DNA of 64,000 nucleotides from Candidatus Latescibacterota bacterium (GTDB lineage: Bacteria > Latescibacterota > UBA2968 > UBA8231). The notes beneath the pieces are model-generated. The model was not told the origin of the DNA, did not search any database, and saw only the letters and a program-made list of their open reading frames with translations. Shown piece by piece: positions 31,143 to 41,627 of this stretch. Location: positions 1,408,001-1,472,000 of the forward strand of contig CBDCXV010000001.1 in the NCBI GenBank assembly GCA_965223905.1, read 5' to 3'. A program made the position numbers and the translations under genes. Position 1 is the first letter of the stretch. Every line of letters starts with the position of its first letter.

Positions 31143-31724
31143 ATGGACCTCATACAAGACAAGGAGACCAAGATGAGAGACCTGACGCCCGAGGACGAGA
31201 AGTATCTTGTAGAATACTGCATGCAACCGGAGAATACCTGGCTTGCCCTGGCCATCGGACAGATACAACCAGAACTAAAAGGAAAAATTGTCTCCACGTT
31301 TGTGCGGAAACTCGACGAAAGTGTAAAAGAAGCACTAAAGAATATCGAGATGTGCGGCTTTCGCTTGGAGACATGCGTTCCGGAAACGAAGCTGGAAGAG
31401 AAAAAAACATACTCGCTATTCATTTTGAAGGTTCAAAGAATCGAAATACATCTCGGCATTTGGGGTGGCGGATACTTGCTGGTGAAAATGCCTGCAGGAA
31501 CGGAGCTAGACCCCCGATGGGATGAAGTCATTTCGGACATGGGCGTCAAGCTAAAAAGCAGTGCTAGTGGGTGTTGGTTCGATGCGGAAGAAAGGCACCA
31601 TATCCGGAGCGTTGAAGCCCTGATCGCGCTGCAGGATGACGAGATCAGAGGAGAGAAGATCGCGTACTTCACTGACATATTGGTGCGTCTTGTGAGGAAC
31701 ATTCTGAAGGTACTGGAGGCTTGA
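31143..31724 (+). CDS. Hypothetical protein resembling the C-terminal half of PDDEXK_4-type nucleases
   Basis: Lower GC; LVEYCMQPENTWLAL...IVSTFVRKL resembles the post-nuclease region of 37798-38982. Confidence 0.55.
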   Translation: MDLIQDKETKMRDLTPEDEKYLVEYCMQPENTWLALAIGQIQPELKGKIVSTFVRKLDESVKEALKNIEMCGFRLETCVPETKLEEKKTYSLFILKVQRIEIHLGIWGGGYLLVKMPAGTELDPRWDEVISDMGVKLKSSASGCWFDAEERHHIRSVEALIALQDDEIRGEKIAYFTDILVRLVRNILKVLEA

Positions 31725-32616
31725 AGATGCCGGAGGACACGGGGTTTGAGGAGGAGACTCGACGATTCCTCGGGAATGCGAGGAGAGGTCTAGAAGATCG
31801 GAGGAATGATCGCATTAGAAGACTTAAGGAGGAGTCTCCACGCTTTTTCGAGGGCGCCAGGCAAGGTCTTCACGTCCTGCGGCCAGTCGCAATTGAGCTT
31901 GATCGCCACTTGGCCAGAAAGTTCGACTTGATCGCCACTTGGCCAGAAAGTTCGACTGTTTCCGTTTCATCCATCTTGACGAAAACCGCATGTCCGATGT
32001 CTTCGCCTACCTCCTCGATCCTGAGGAAACCCACGGGCAACGAAAGCTGTTCCTGAGAGAATTCCTTTCACATGTGTTTCCGAAGGGGTTAGTCGGATAC
32101 CCAAGGTCTGGTGTTCGAATTGGTCGAGAAATGAGGACCACTCGGATAGAAGACTGGGACCGAAGAATCGATATTGAAATTGCTTTCCGCACCAACGGTG
32201 GCTTGGCGGCTATCGCTATTGAGAATAAGCCTTGGGCGGGCGATCAAGAAAACCAACTCAGCGACTACGCCCGACATCTCGAATTGAAATACAAAGGTCG
32301 CTTCAACTTGATCTACCTCACGCCGAAAGGGGAAGATCCATCGGAGAATAGTATCAAGCCCGAGAAGCGCGAGAAGCTTTCGAAGGAAGGAAAGCTTGCC
32401 AATGCCTCGATCCAGGACTGGGCAAGTGACCATGGTTGGCTGAAGCGAGGAGAAGATGGGGTGAAAGCCGAGCGAGTTCGCTGGTTCGTGTCCGATTTCC
32501 GCAAAGCGCTGATCGAGAGCCTTCCGGAGCTTGGCTGGGCTTACGAAGAACCGCCATTCTCGGATCAGGATACTGATCCTACGGGTCCACCAACCCTCCT
32601 TGCCGAGATAGCATAA
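31721..32616 (+). pseudogene. PD-(D/E)XK (PDDEXK_4-like) nuclease domain gene, frameshifted by a 29-bp duplication
   Basis: ENRMSDVFAYLLDP..HGQ, RIDI, IENKPWAGDQENQLSDY, IYLTPKG. Confidence 0.8.
31898..31955 (+). repeat. Perfect 29-bp tandem duplication
   Basis: CTTGATCGCCACTTGGCCAGAAAGTTCGA x2. Confidence 0.95.
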
Positions 32617-32798
32617 GGACGATGATCAGAACCGCCGGTTTGTAACGAGGTCGATCCTGTAAGGGCCGAACAACACCGGCTGTAGCGAGCAGACAGTGAG
32701 GTAACGGCCGGGCTTGTGCGCTGGTTCATGTCCGATTTCGCAAGACCCTGATCGGGAGCATCCCCGCGAAGGACGGGCTCGCGGAAAAAATCCGATCT

Positions 32799-32832
32799 CG
32801 CGTCATGATCTGTCGCACCCCCGGGGTAGGTT
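32799..32832 (+). promoter_or_regulatory. Box 2 plus -10-like hexamer
   Basis: CGCGTC-ATGATCT-GTCGCA; TGTCGC-N10-TAGGTT. Confidence 0.7.
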
Positions 32833-33029
32833 CAATCCTTACCCACAGTTGAAGCCATTCGCGGATCGATCCCGATACCCGGTCGGCGGGCGCGAGCGAC
32901 CTGCCTTTGGCTCGGAATTTGCATGCTCCCGGGTGGCCGGGCGCTGTGGCAACCAATCCATGGAACCTACCACAGACGTCGACGCGAGGTTTCCAAGTGA
33001 GGCACCCAACACGCGAACCTGATGAAGCC

Positions 33030-35137
33030 ATGCTCACCCCCTACGAACGGAAGCGTCTCTTCTTCTATATGCGCAACCTTGCCTCGCGTATTCACCGGGA
33101 AAGTCTGGAGGCAACGGGGCTTGCCCAGTGGATCGCGGAAAACCGGGACTTGATGGGGCTGGAGTGCGGGAAAAAGGAGACGGAAGAGTTGGAACTGTAC
33201 AAGCTCCGGGCCGGGAAGTCCCTCGACAAGGAACTTTCCAAGAAGGATTGGCAGCGCCTCATGAGGACTCTTGAGACCGGGTACCTGACGGCGCCTTCCT
33301 GTGAGGGTGCTAAGGAAGACCTCACGGCGAGGCGGCTAAGACAGCTCGGAAAGGCTATGGACTTCGCCCCCGAGGATGTCGCGATTCTGGAGATCCTGAT
33401 ATGCAGTCTAACCCAGCCGGAAATCGGTTCGCTGATCGATTCTCTTTGGGAATCCGTACCTCTCCACTTTCGACGCAGGTGTTTCAATGTTTCGAACCCC
33501 TTGCTGCCCCGGGTCCTCGGCATCTCGACCGGTATTTTCCGCGCCCGTTTGGCGACCGATGCGCCTCTCTTAAGGTCAGGGTTGGTGTCCATAGACGACG
33601 ACGGAGACATCGAAACCGTCAAGAGGCTGAACAGGCTGGTCGCCGTCGTGGACGACGGCGACCCGGACGTGCGCCACCTGCTGCTGGTTACGGCGACCCC
33701 GGGGGAACTGGAGTGGGAAGACTTCGACCATGTCGCGGAGCAACGGGACCATATCGAAAAGGTGCTGAAGGGCGCCCTGAGTTCCCGCGCCAAGGGGGTT
33801 AACGTCCTTGTGTATGGACCGCCGGGAACCGGAAAGACCGAGTTCTGCAAGACTCTGGCCATCCGGCTGCAGGCGTACCTCTACAGTGTGGGCGAATCGG
33901 AGGGAGAGGGTGACGAACCATGCCGGCGGAAACGTCTCCAGGAGCTTCAGGTTGCCCAGAACTTGCTGGCTCCCGGCCACGGTGCCATGCTCCTCTTCGA
34001 TGAGATGGAGGACCTGCTTTCCGACCCGAGTTCTGGCTGGATACCCTTTTCCTCGCACGGCTTTTCCCCGCTCCGGTCCGGCGGCTCAAAGGTGTACCTG
34101 AACAGGCTGCTCGAACGCGCCACGGTGCCGACGCTCTGGACCTCGAACTCGGCCAGGGAGACATGTCCCGCGGTTCTGCGGCGCATGACCTTCGCCCTGG
34201 AGCTGCGGCGTCCCACGCGCAGGACCCGGGCGCGAATATGGAACCGGGAGCTGGAACGCCACGGCATCGGAGCGACGGAGGAGGATGGCAAATCTCTTGC
34301 AAAGGAGTTCGACGTTGCACCGGGCGTTGCTTCCGGGGCCATCTCTGCGGCGAGCCTCTGCGGTGGTGACCTCGCTGCAGTGCGCCTTGGGGTGCAAAGC
34401 CTGTCCCGGGTGGTTTCAGGGGAGAAGCCGGATAACCAGGAGGCACCGGAGAGATTCGACCCCGCCCTGATCCGGGCAGACACCGATCCTGTCGGGTTTG
34501 CCGAACGTCTCGAAAAAACCGGGGGGGGAAGCAATTCTCCCTCTGCCTGCAAGGTCCGCCCGGCACCGGAAAGAGCGCCTTCGTCCGCTACCTGGCCGAG
34601 CGCCTCGGCCTCCAGGTCACCCAGAAGCGGGCCTCCGACCTGATGTCGATGTGGGTCGGAGGAACCGAACGGCTTATCGCCGAAGCCTTCGCTGAGGCGC
34701 GCGTCGAAGGCTCTATCCTCGTCTTCGATGAGGCCGACTCGCTGCTCGCCGACAGACGGGGTGCCGTGAGTTCCTGGGAGGTCAGCCAAGTCAACGAAAT
34801 GCTGACCTGGATGGAGAGCCACCCCCTGCCCTTCGCCTGCACGACCAACTTCGGCGAGAACCTCGACCCTGCCACCCTGCGTCGATTCACCTTCAAGATC
34901 AAGCTCGATTACCTCGCCCCAGGACAGTCCAAGAGGGCATTCCGGTCCTATTTTGCGCTCGATGCTCCATCCGAACTGGAGAACCTGACCAACCTGACCC
35001 CGGGGGACTTCGCGGTTGTGCGCCGAAAGGCAGAGATACTCGGCAGCCTCCAGGACCCGAAGGTTCTCGCCGAATTGCTGGGAGCCGAGTGTGAGGCCAA
35101 GCCGGACCATCGGCGCAAAATCGGTTTTCGGACGTAA
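33030..35137 (+). pseudogene. Tandem-AAA ATPase, frameshifted in a G8 tract (34521-34528)
   Basis: First AAA: GPPGTGKT and LLFDEMED. Second AAA, in another frame: QGPPGTGKS, LVFDEADS, LDPATLRRF, C-terminal KIGF. Confidence 0.85.
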
Positions 35138-35584
35138 GTGGTGGACTGATTCCGGGGAAAGAGTAGAAGCACAAAGAAAAAGGGCACCTGACCTCATTTG
35201 GTGGTCCCGGAATTGCTGCCGTAGTTTCTGGCCTGCGAGGGTTTGGAACCAACGCAAAAGTCCAGTTGTTTGACAGAGAGCGTGAGTTATTTGCTAATTA
35301 GGGGCGTTGGATAGCAGCCCCTGACGATCCGACCCCAAGGCCGGCAATTCATTCAGAAACAAGGAGTTATGGCCTTGCCGCGGGGCTGTCATGAGGTGAT
35401 CTTAATACCTCATCTGGTATAAGGCGCCCATCACCCGAGAGTAGGAGAGGACGTAGGAAATCTATCACCTAATGACCTGGAGAAAATCCATGCGTTCAAC
35501 GGTGACCATTTCCAAGCAAGAATTGATCCTAATTCTGATCTGGATATGGCTGATTATTGAGTAAAAGAGAGATGGGAAAGGAAT

Positions 35585-36451
35585 ATGCCTTTCCCATCCA
35601 CAGGAGGATCCCACATGACTACGGCAATCAAGAGGGGTAAAACCCGGGCCCCGAAAGTCGGGAACCTATCCCAAATGACAATCTCCAGATTCTTTTTTCT
35701 CATCGCACTTCCGGCATGCACTGGCTGTGCTACCATGCTTTCAGGAACAAGCCAGAAAATCCCTGTAGCCTCTACTCCAATCGGCGCAGAAGTCATCGTA
35801 AATGGGAAGTCAGTAGGAAAGACACCCCTTGTCATTGAATTAAAGCGAAAGGACCCTGCTACCATCACTCTGCAGGCAGAGGGATACAAGTCGCATACGA
35901 CTATCCTTCAAAGGAAACGTAGTGGTTGGTTCTGGCTTATTCCTACAATCTACGGCATACCTTCCCTTATTGTGGATGTGGTCACCGGAGCAGCTTACGT
36001 ATTGGAGCCTAAGACTGTGAATATTGACTTCAATCCTCCTGAACCTGTAGGTCCCGATCCCGATCCTGTAATTGAGACTCAGACCAAACCAAGCCCAGAT
36101 AACCAGGGATTCCAGTACTCCAATGTGACTATGGCTCAGAGAAGCAACCCACTTCTCGGACAGTCAGGTGTGGGTTACATGGGAGAAATTACGAATAACT
36201 CTGGTAAGGATTATTATTTCGCCACTTTCAAGATCAGCTTATATGGAAAAGACGGAGGGCTCATTGCCATCCAGGAATTCACCGTATTTGAAATAGCAAA
36301 CGGAACCACACAGAGCTTCGACACTGGACCCATTCTGGATTCAGCGTTGAAGGATCAAGTCGAATCGTTCAGAGTACGGTTTGGTGGAGGGATGGAACAA
36401 AAGGAAGCAGAACAGATGGATAAATTATTAGAGAAGCAACTTACAGAGTAA
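35585..36451 (+). CDS. PEGA-domain lipoprotein-like protein with an FxLYD-like C-domain
   Basis: TGCATM, STPIGAEVIVNG..GKTP, GEITNNSG, FKISLYGKDG; lower GC; start position uncertain. Confidence 0.7.
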   Translation: MPFPSTGGSHMTTAIKRGKTRAPKVGNLSQMTISRFFFLIALPACTGCATMLSGTSQKIPVASTPIGAEVIVNGKSVGKTPLVIELKRKDPATITLQAEGYKSHTTILQRKRSGWFWLIPTIYGIPSLIVDVVTGAAYVLEPKTVNIDFNPPEPVGPDPDPVIETQTKPSPDNQGFQYSNVTMAQRSNPLLGQSGVGYMGEITNNSGKDYYFATFKISLYGKDGGLIAIQEFTVFEIANGTTQSFDTGPILDSALKDQVESFRVRFGGGMEQKEAEQMDKLLEKQLTE

Positions 36452-36537
36452 GGGAAAGCGGCAAAATGACTGATCAGACACCTGCACCAGACGACAGCGG
36501 CAAGAAGAAGATGGGGCGCCCTGAGTGGTTCCTGAAG

Positions 36538-37761
36538 GTAACCGTTCAGTTCCCTGGCAGATTGGGGCCGGGGGCGGAATGGTCGCAGGTTGGTATTAGC
36601 GAATGGGGGAGTGGGTTGAAGGCAGCAGCGAGGGCGCCGGCTGCTGACACACGGCGGCGTCACAGGCCATCCTGAGATAGTCGAGGACGTTGCGCTTTTG
36701 CTGGCGCAGGGTATCGCGCACCGTGAGCAGGCGCTCTACGAAACGGCTGCCTTCGGCACTGTGAGTGCCGAAGCTGGTGTGACGCCACAACACGCCATGG
36801 CGAAGGGCTCGTTCGGCTTCCGTTGTTGGTCGGCTCGACGCCGGGCCGGCGTGCGGCGAATGGAGAACACGGTGACGCCGTCCGTCACCGCGGTCCACAA
36901 CCAGGCCTTGGCGCGGCCCTGCCGCCAGCCGGTCTCGTCGACGTTGACTATGCCCTGTCGGCGAACGAAGGCGCGCGCCTCCTCGACCGCACCCGCCAGG
37001 GGGTCGCAGCCACTTCCTGTTCCAGTCGGCTGACGGTGCCCAGCGACACCTTGAAGCCAAAGGCGTCGGACAACAACGCCCGGATGTTGCGCTTGCTCAG
37101 CCGGTAGGCCCCGGCCAGCAGGCCGATCCAGGCCTGCACGCTGGGCCGTAGGTGTGCCGCGATACGCCCTCGGGCCAACCGGCTGCGGTCAGGCGGTCGC
37201 AGTGACCGCAGCGCAAGGTGTGCAGCTGATACTCGATGACCTCGGCCCGCAGCGGCGAGATGACGACTTCCTGGTGGCGCTGCGGATGGGGATCGTCTCC
37301 CGTCAACCGGTGCCCGCATCCGTGGCACGTACTCGGCTTGACCGGGATCCGTTCGTCCACTTGCTCGACCGATACCCACGAGCGCCCGTGCCCTTCGTGC
37401 CCGGGCTGCCCGCCCGGCGAGCGCCCCGAGGACCGGCGTCGGCCGGAGGCATCGGTACGCCGCGTGGAGGAACCCGACGAGGAGGTTTGAGCGCCACGGC
37501 GGGATCGCCCCTTGCGACGGGCCAATTCCTACTCCAACTCGGCGATGCGGGACGTCTGTTGTTCCACGATCCGCTCGAGCTGGACAATGCGCTTCCGCAA
37601 GTCGCCTTCGGACATCGCACTCTCAGGAGGTCTTTTCATGGGGTTGCCCGTGTCCGGAGAATCTGCAACACACAACCAATCCGAAGATACCGACGAACCC
37701 GAAAACCCGCTTAGGTATTTCTTTACATGCGCAAACTACTGCAGGGGGACTGAACGGTTAC
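36538..37761 (-). mobile_element. IS66-family element, internally deleted and degenerate
   Basis: Inverted repeats GTAACCGTTCAGTTCCCTGGCAG and GTAACCGTTCAGTCCCCCTGCAG. Transposase fragments (GGQPGHEG, CHGCG, DETGW, AERALR..V..R) carry stops and frameshifts. No target duplication is visible. Confidence 0.85.
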
Positions 37762-37797
37762 GAACCAACGGCCAGGTTCCGAGGAAGGAGCGGACTC

Positions 37798-38982
37798 ATG
37801 ATCGACGGTAGATTTTTGCAGTTGTTATTGGATGCAGCCAAGCATTTTGGTGAGCATGGGGCCGGACAGCCGGCCTTCAACGTCTTCTCGGTTCTGCACA
37901 AAGAAACCGATGAGGTGAATCTCCACTCCCGGTTTCTCCATGCCCTTCTCGACCACCGACACGGTGGGCACCGAAAAAACCTGGAACATTTTTTGGGGCA
38001 GCTTCCAAGCAAGCCCTCAGTTGATGCACGGGGTATTGATCCAGACCGCGCAGAAGTAAAAAGGGAGAGCGACAATATCGACATCCTGATTCGTGATCCC
38101 GACCCTACTTCCAAGCGTGCCCTGATTGTCGAGAATAAGATCGGGGCCCCGGATCAAAGCCGGCAACTGTGGAGGTACGCCAAACAACAGAAGACGGAAG
38201 GGTACTCACCTCATCTGCTGTACCTTACGCTGGATGGGCACGCTCCTTCTGAAGACAGCAGGCGCTGCCTGGATTACGAATGTATTTCCCTTATCTCCTA
38301 CAAGGAGCACCTTCTCCCTTGGTTGAAACATTGCCAGGAACGGGCATACAACGATCCCACACTGCGGGAGTCGATTGGCCAATACCTGTCCTTGGTCGCG
38401 GCTCTGACAAAAACGGAGGCATATATGAATGACTTGAAGAATCTTTGCATGGAAGACAAACATCTTCATCTTGGCCTCATTCATGACTTGAACAAGGCCA
38501 TGATTGAATCGAGGGTTTCCTTGTTCGAACAGCTTTGGAATGAAATCGAATGTAAGCTGCAGAAAGAGATTGTGGAGCTCCCCCACAAAGTGGAAGATAA
38601 CGTATCCAAAAAAAGAATTGAAAATTTTGTCACACCCAGAAGCGAGTCTCACGACCTATATTCTGGATGGCACGGGAAATACTATAAGCTTAAAGGTTCC
38701 GCCAAGCTCAGCGTTGAAATTGGCGACACTATGCACTTTGGGGTCAAATGTCGCCAGAGTGAAGACGAATACTGCAAGTTCCTCGAAGCACTCAAAGGAG
38801 AAGGTGGCAGTAGTAATAGTGGATGGGGATTTGTCAAAGAAGTAGATCCGCGGATGAGGGAGCCAACCTCAGAGAACTTCGAGCTGCTTACGAATAGACA
38901 AGCTAGGGAGAAGTATGTCGCCGAAATCGTGTCTGGCGTACGTGAGTTGTGGCTGAAAATCAAGAAGGCAAACCTTGCCTGA
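37798..38982 (+). CDS. PD-(D/E)XK (PDDEXK_4-like) nuclease, full length
   Basis: FNVFSVL, EVNLHSRFL, NIDILI, IVENKIGAPDQSRQLWRY, YLTLDG. Confidence 0.85.
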   Translation: MIDGRFLQLLLDAAKHFGEHGAGQPAFNVFSVLHKETDEVNLHSRFLHALLDHRHGGHRKNLEHFLGQLPSKPSVDARGIDPDRAEVKRESDNIDILIRDPDPTSKRALIVENKIGAPDQSRQLWRYAKQQKTEGYSPHLLYLTLDGHAPSEDSRRCLDYECISLISYKEHLLPWLKHCQERAYNDPTLRESIGQYLSLVAALTKTEAYMNDLKNLCMEDKHLHLGLIHDLNKAMIESRVSLFEQLWNEIECKLQKEIVELPHKVEDNVSKKRIENFVTPRSESHDLYSGWHGKYYKLKGSAKLSVEIGDTMHFGVKCRQSEDEYCKFLEALKGEGGSSNSGWGFVKEVDPRMREPTSENFELLTNRQAREKYVAEIVSGVRELWLKIKKANLA

Positions 38983-39041
38983 CCGCCGAACGGATCGAGT
39001 AGATAGATTTTGCCCCTCGGGTTGTCGATGGACCTCTTGTA

Positions 39042-39368
39042 CTATGCCCTCAGCAAGCGCCGCTGCAGCAACGTCTGCATGTCCCGCCTCCCATCTGCGA
39101 TCACGAGCACGTAGACGTTGTTTTCGATCACCCGGTAGATGATGCGGTAGGGCTTTAAGAAAATCTCACGGTAATCCAGAACCCCGATGTCCAGCAGGTT
39201 CTCCGGATAGTTCCCCCGCTCGGGAAAATCCGAAAGGGTGGTGAAGGCTTTTTCCACCTGCTTCAGCACCCGGTTCGCTCGGCCGGGCGCACCATGCCGG
39301 TCGATGTAATCGCATATCTCCTCCAAGTCGCGGGTCGCGTCATCGGTCAACTGGACCTGGTAGGACAT
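39042..39368 (-). CDS. ParE/RelE family toxin
   Basis: ATRDLEEICDYI, FPERG, YRIIYRV. Confidence 0.88.
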   Translation of the reverse strand: MSYQVQLTDDATRDLEEICDYIDRHGAPGRANRVLKQVEKAFTTLSDFPERGNYPENLLDIGVLDYREIFLKPYRIIYRVIENNVYVLVIADGRRDMQTLLQRRLLRA

Positions 39369-39643
39369 CAGCGGGCCTGACCCCGCTCGCGGATCCGTGC
39401 GACGACATCGGAAGCAGGCTGAACCTGACCCGCTTCGATCTGCCGGTTGCCCAGCGCGAGGATCTTGAGCAGCGCAAGGGTTTCCTGCATCTGTTCGTAG
39501 CTGTCGATATCCTGCATGACCGCCTTGGCTTCGCCATTCTGGGTGATGATCAACGGTTCCTGTTGGTCCCCAAGAGTGCGCACAATCTCAGCGGCGTGGG
39601 ACTTGAGGTAACTGATCGGCTTGATTTGGCTGGACAGCTTCAT
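39368..39643 (-). CDS. Phd/YefM family antitoxin
   Basis: IKPISYLKSHAAEI, PLIITQNGEAKAV. Confidence 0.88.
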   Translation of the reverse strand: MKLSSQIKPISYLKSHAAEIVRTLGDQQEPLIITQNGEAKAVMQDIDSYEQMQETLALLKILALGNRQIEAGQVQPASDVVARIRERGQAR

Positions 39644-39795
39644 GGACCACCTCCTTTCGGACTGAATATGGACCATAAACAGGTCAACACAAGGCCCGGA
39701 CTGATCGGAGTTCCTGTCGGGAATTGATAGCCTGCCTGAGAGCCGGAATTGGATCCCCCCGGATAAATCAGGGCAACCTCCCGAAATGTCCCGGC

Positions 39796-39829
39796 CGCGA
39801 CGCGATCTGTCGCACCCGGGGCGGAGATT
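39796..39829 (+). promoter_or_regulatory. Box 3 plus -10-like hexamer
   Basis: CGCGAC-GCGATCT-GTCGCA; TGTCGC-N10-GAGATT. Confidence 0.7.
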
Positions 39830-39869
39830 GAGAAAACTCACGGACGTATCCAAACCAGGGAGACGTGCA

Positions 39870-40412
39870 ATGCGTATGAGTTTTTCTCTTTTCTCTGCCC
39901 TGCTGGCAGCCGCCCTCGCCGCCTGCGAGGGTCCCACGGGACCGATGGGGCCGCAGGGAGAAACCGGTCCGCAAGGGAGACAAGGTGAAATCGGATCACA
40001 GGGAGAACGCGGATCTCAAGGCGAACGGGGGCCGCAAGGGGAAGCCGGACTCCGGGGCGAACCCGGACCGCCCGCGGAAGGGGTCATCATCGATTGGAGA
40101 CTGGCAGGTTCATCCTACGACCTGGACGGCAACATCAACATAGAGGATGACAGGATCACTCCGACCACTTTCCGGGTGCTTTACCTGAAGGCCGAATTCG
40201 GGTCTGACATTGTAGCATACGTTCCCCTTGACTACATGCTGGTGTCCGAGGTTTCGATCGTATCCGAGATGGAAGAGCTGGAGACGCCGGTCCTCTTCAT
40301 CGCCGAGGGCAGGCTCCTGATCGTGGATCCCAACCGGGTCCTTCTTCGCGTCGCGCTGGAATCTTCGCTCGAAGGAGTTGATGTCGACCTGGCGGTTCTG
40401 GTTTCGCATTAG
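39870..40412 (+). CDS. Collagen-like lipoprotein
   Basis: Lipobox LAAC followed by ~16 Gly-X-Y triplets. Confidence 0.8.
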   Translation: MRMSFSLFSALLAAALAACEGPTGPMGPQGETGPQGRQGEIGSQGERGSQGERGPQGEAGLRGEPGPPAEGVIIDWRLAGSSYDLDGNINIEDDRITPTTFRVLYLKAEFGSDIVAYVPLDYMLVSEVSIVSEMEELETPVLFIAEGRLLIVDPNRVLLRVALESSLEGVDVDLAVLVSH

Positions 40413-40704
40413 GGGTGCCGGGTTTATTGGCGGGGCAGTTGCGCTGCTGTCCGCCGGGGATGTGGTCATGAACCGGCAGTACGAACTCGGACCGATAACC
40501 GTGCAGTGCGTCTCGACAGCGTCCGGGGCTGCCGCACCGGCCTGCCCCATTATGAACCGTTGGCATTCCCTGGAACTCCCTGCGGGCGGGGGTGTCCTCT
40601 AAGGTCAGGGTGTTTTGCGGAATAGAGGGTCGGTGTGGTCAAATTGTCGATCCCGTTGAAGCAGGCCCTTCTCCAAGCGATAGTCGCAATTCGGAGGTAA
40701 ACCG

Positions 40705-41502
40705 ATGCGCACAAGAATTTCATTTCTCGCTTTTCTGTGGGCCATTCCCATTGCCTCCTGTGATGGGCCGGCGGGACCGGACGGGGACAAGTACCTCGAG
40801 ACAAGGGAAGTAACGGTCGGCCCGACCCTGGCCAGATGCTACGGCGTCGGTGAACGGTCCTGCATGGTGGTCGACGGCTTCCTCTTCTACGATGCCATTG
40901 AGGGCTTCGAATACGAGGCGGGCTACGACTACCGGCTGCGGATCGGGAAATACGACCCCTGGGGCGGAGAGGAACCGCCGCAGGACGCCGGCCAGTGCAG
41001 CTATCGTCTGCTGAAACAGCTGGAGAAGACCCCCGCTCCCTCCACTCCCGCGAGCCTGTCTCTTGGACCCACCCGGGTGAAATGCGCGCAGATCGACGAC
41101 TTCTGTCTGCTGATCGACGGCGCCCCGTACGATGACATTGTCACCAAATTCGAATACGAGGCCGGCTTTCACTATACCCTTGACGCAAATAGGTACGGGG
41201 ATGGCAGGTACGTATTGAATTCGGTGACCTCGAAAACGGAAGCGACCGGTACGGAAGAGGAGATAACCGTGGAGCCGCACAGGATAGAGTGCGGCAGCAG
41301 CGACCGGGTGTACTGCAACGTGGTCAATGGAGAGGCGTTCCACAGCGAAATCGTCGGTTTCGAGCCGTGGCACGGTTACAGCTACCGCCTGAGGGTCGAA
41401 CGCTTCGACATGTTCGCCGGTGGCGTTACTGCCTCGTCATCCGGCGTTCCAGACTATGGTTATCGATGGCTCGAGACGTTGGAACGAAGTCCCGCCGACT
41501 GA
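40705..41502 (+). CDS. Lipoprotein with three DUF4377-like repeats
   Basis: IASC lipobox; three copies of vtV.P....C......C..v.G......I..Fey..Gy.Y.L. Confidence 0.75.
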   Translation: MRTRISFLAFLWAIPIASCDGPAGPDGDKYLETREVTVGPTLARCYGVGERSCMVVDGFLFYDAIEGFEYEAGYDYRLRIGKYDPWGGEEPPQDAGQCSYRLLKQLEKTPAPSTPASLSLGPTRVKCAQIDDFCLLIDGAPYDDIVTKFEYEAGFHYTLDANRYGDGRYVLNSVTSKTEATGTEEEITVEPHRIECGSSDRVYCNVVNGEAFHSEIVGFEPWHGYSYRLRVERFDMFAGGVTASSSGVPDYGYRWLETLERSPAD

Positions 41503-41627
41503 TACCCACCTGACCGCGGCCAAGGGTGCGGGGCCGGCGGCCTCGAGGTCCCCTGGCCGCAGAAGCGCCTGCTCCTGCGAAATCGATCCGTTTGTCAGCC
41601 ACCCCGTAACCTGAGTCCTCGAGCCGG

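Noticed and set aside
40616-40634. Possible sixth WYL box (TGCGGA-ATAGAGG-GTCGGT)
   Set aside because: The arms are degenerate and the core lacks the ATCY consensus.
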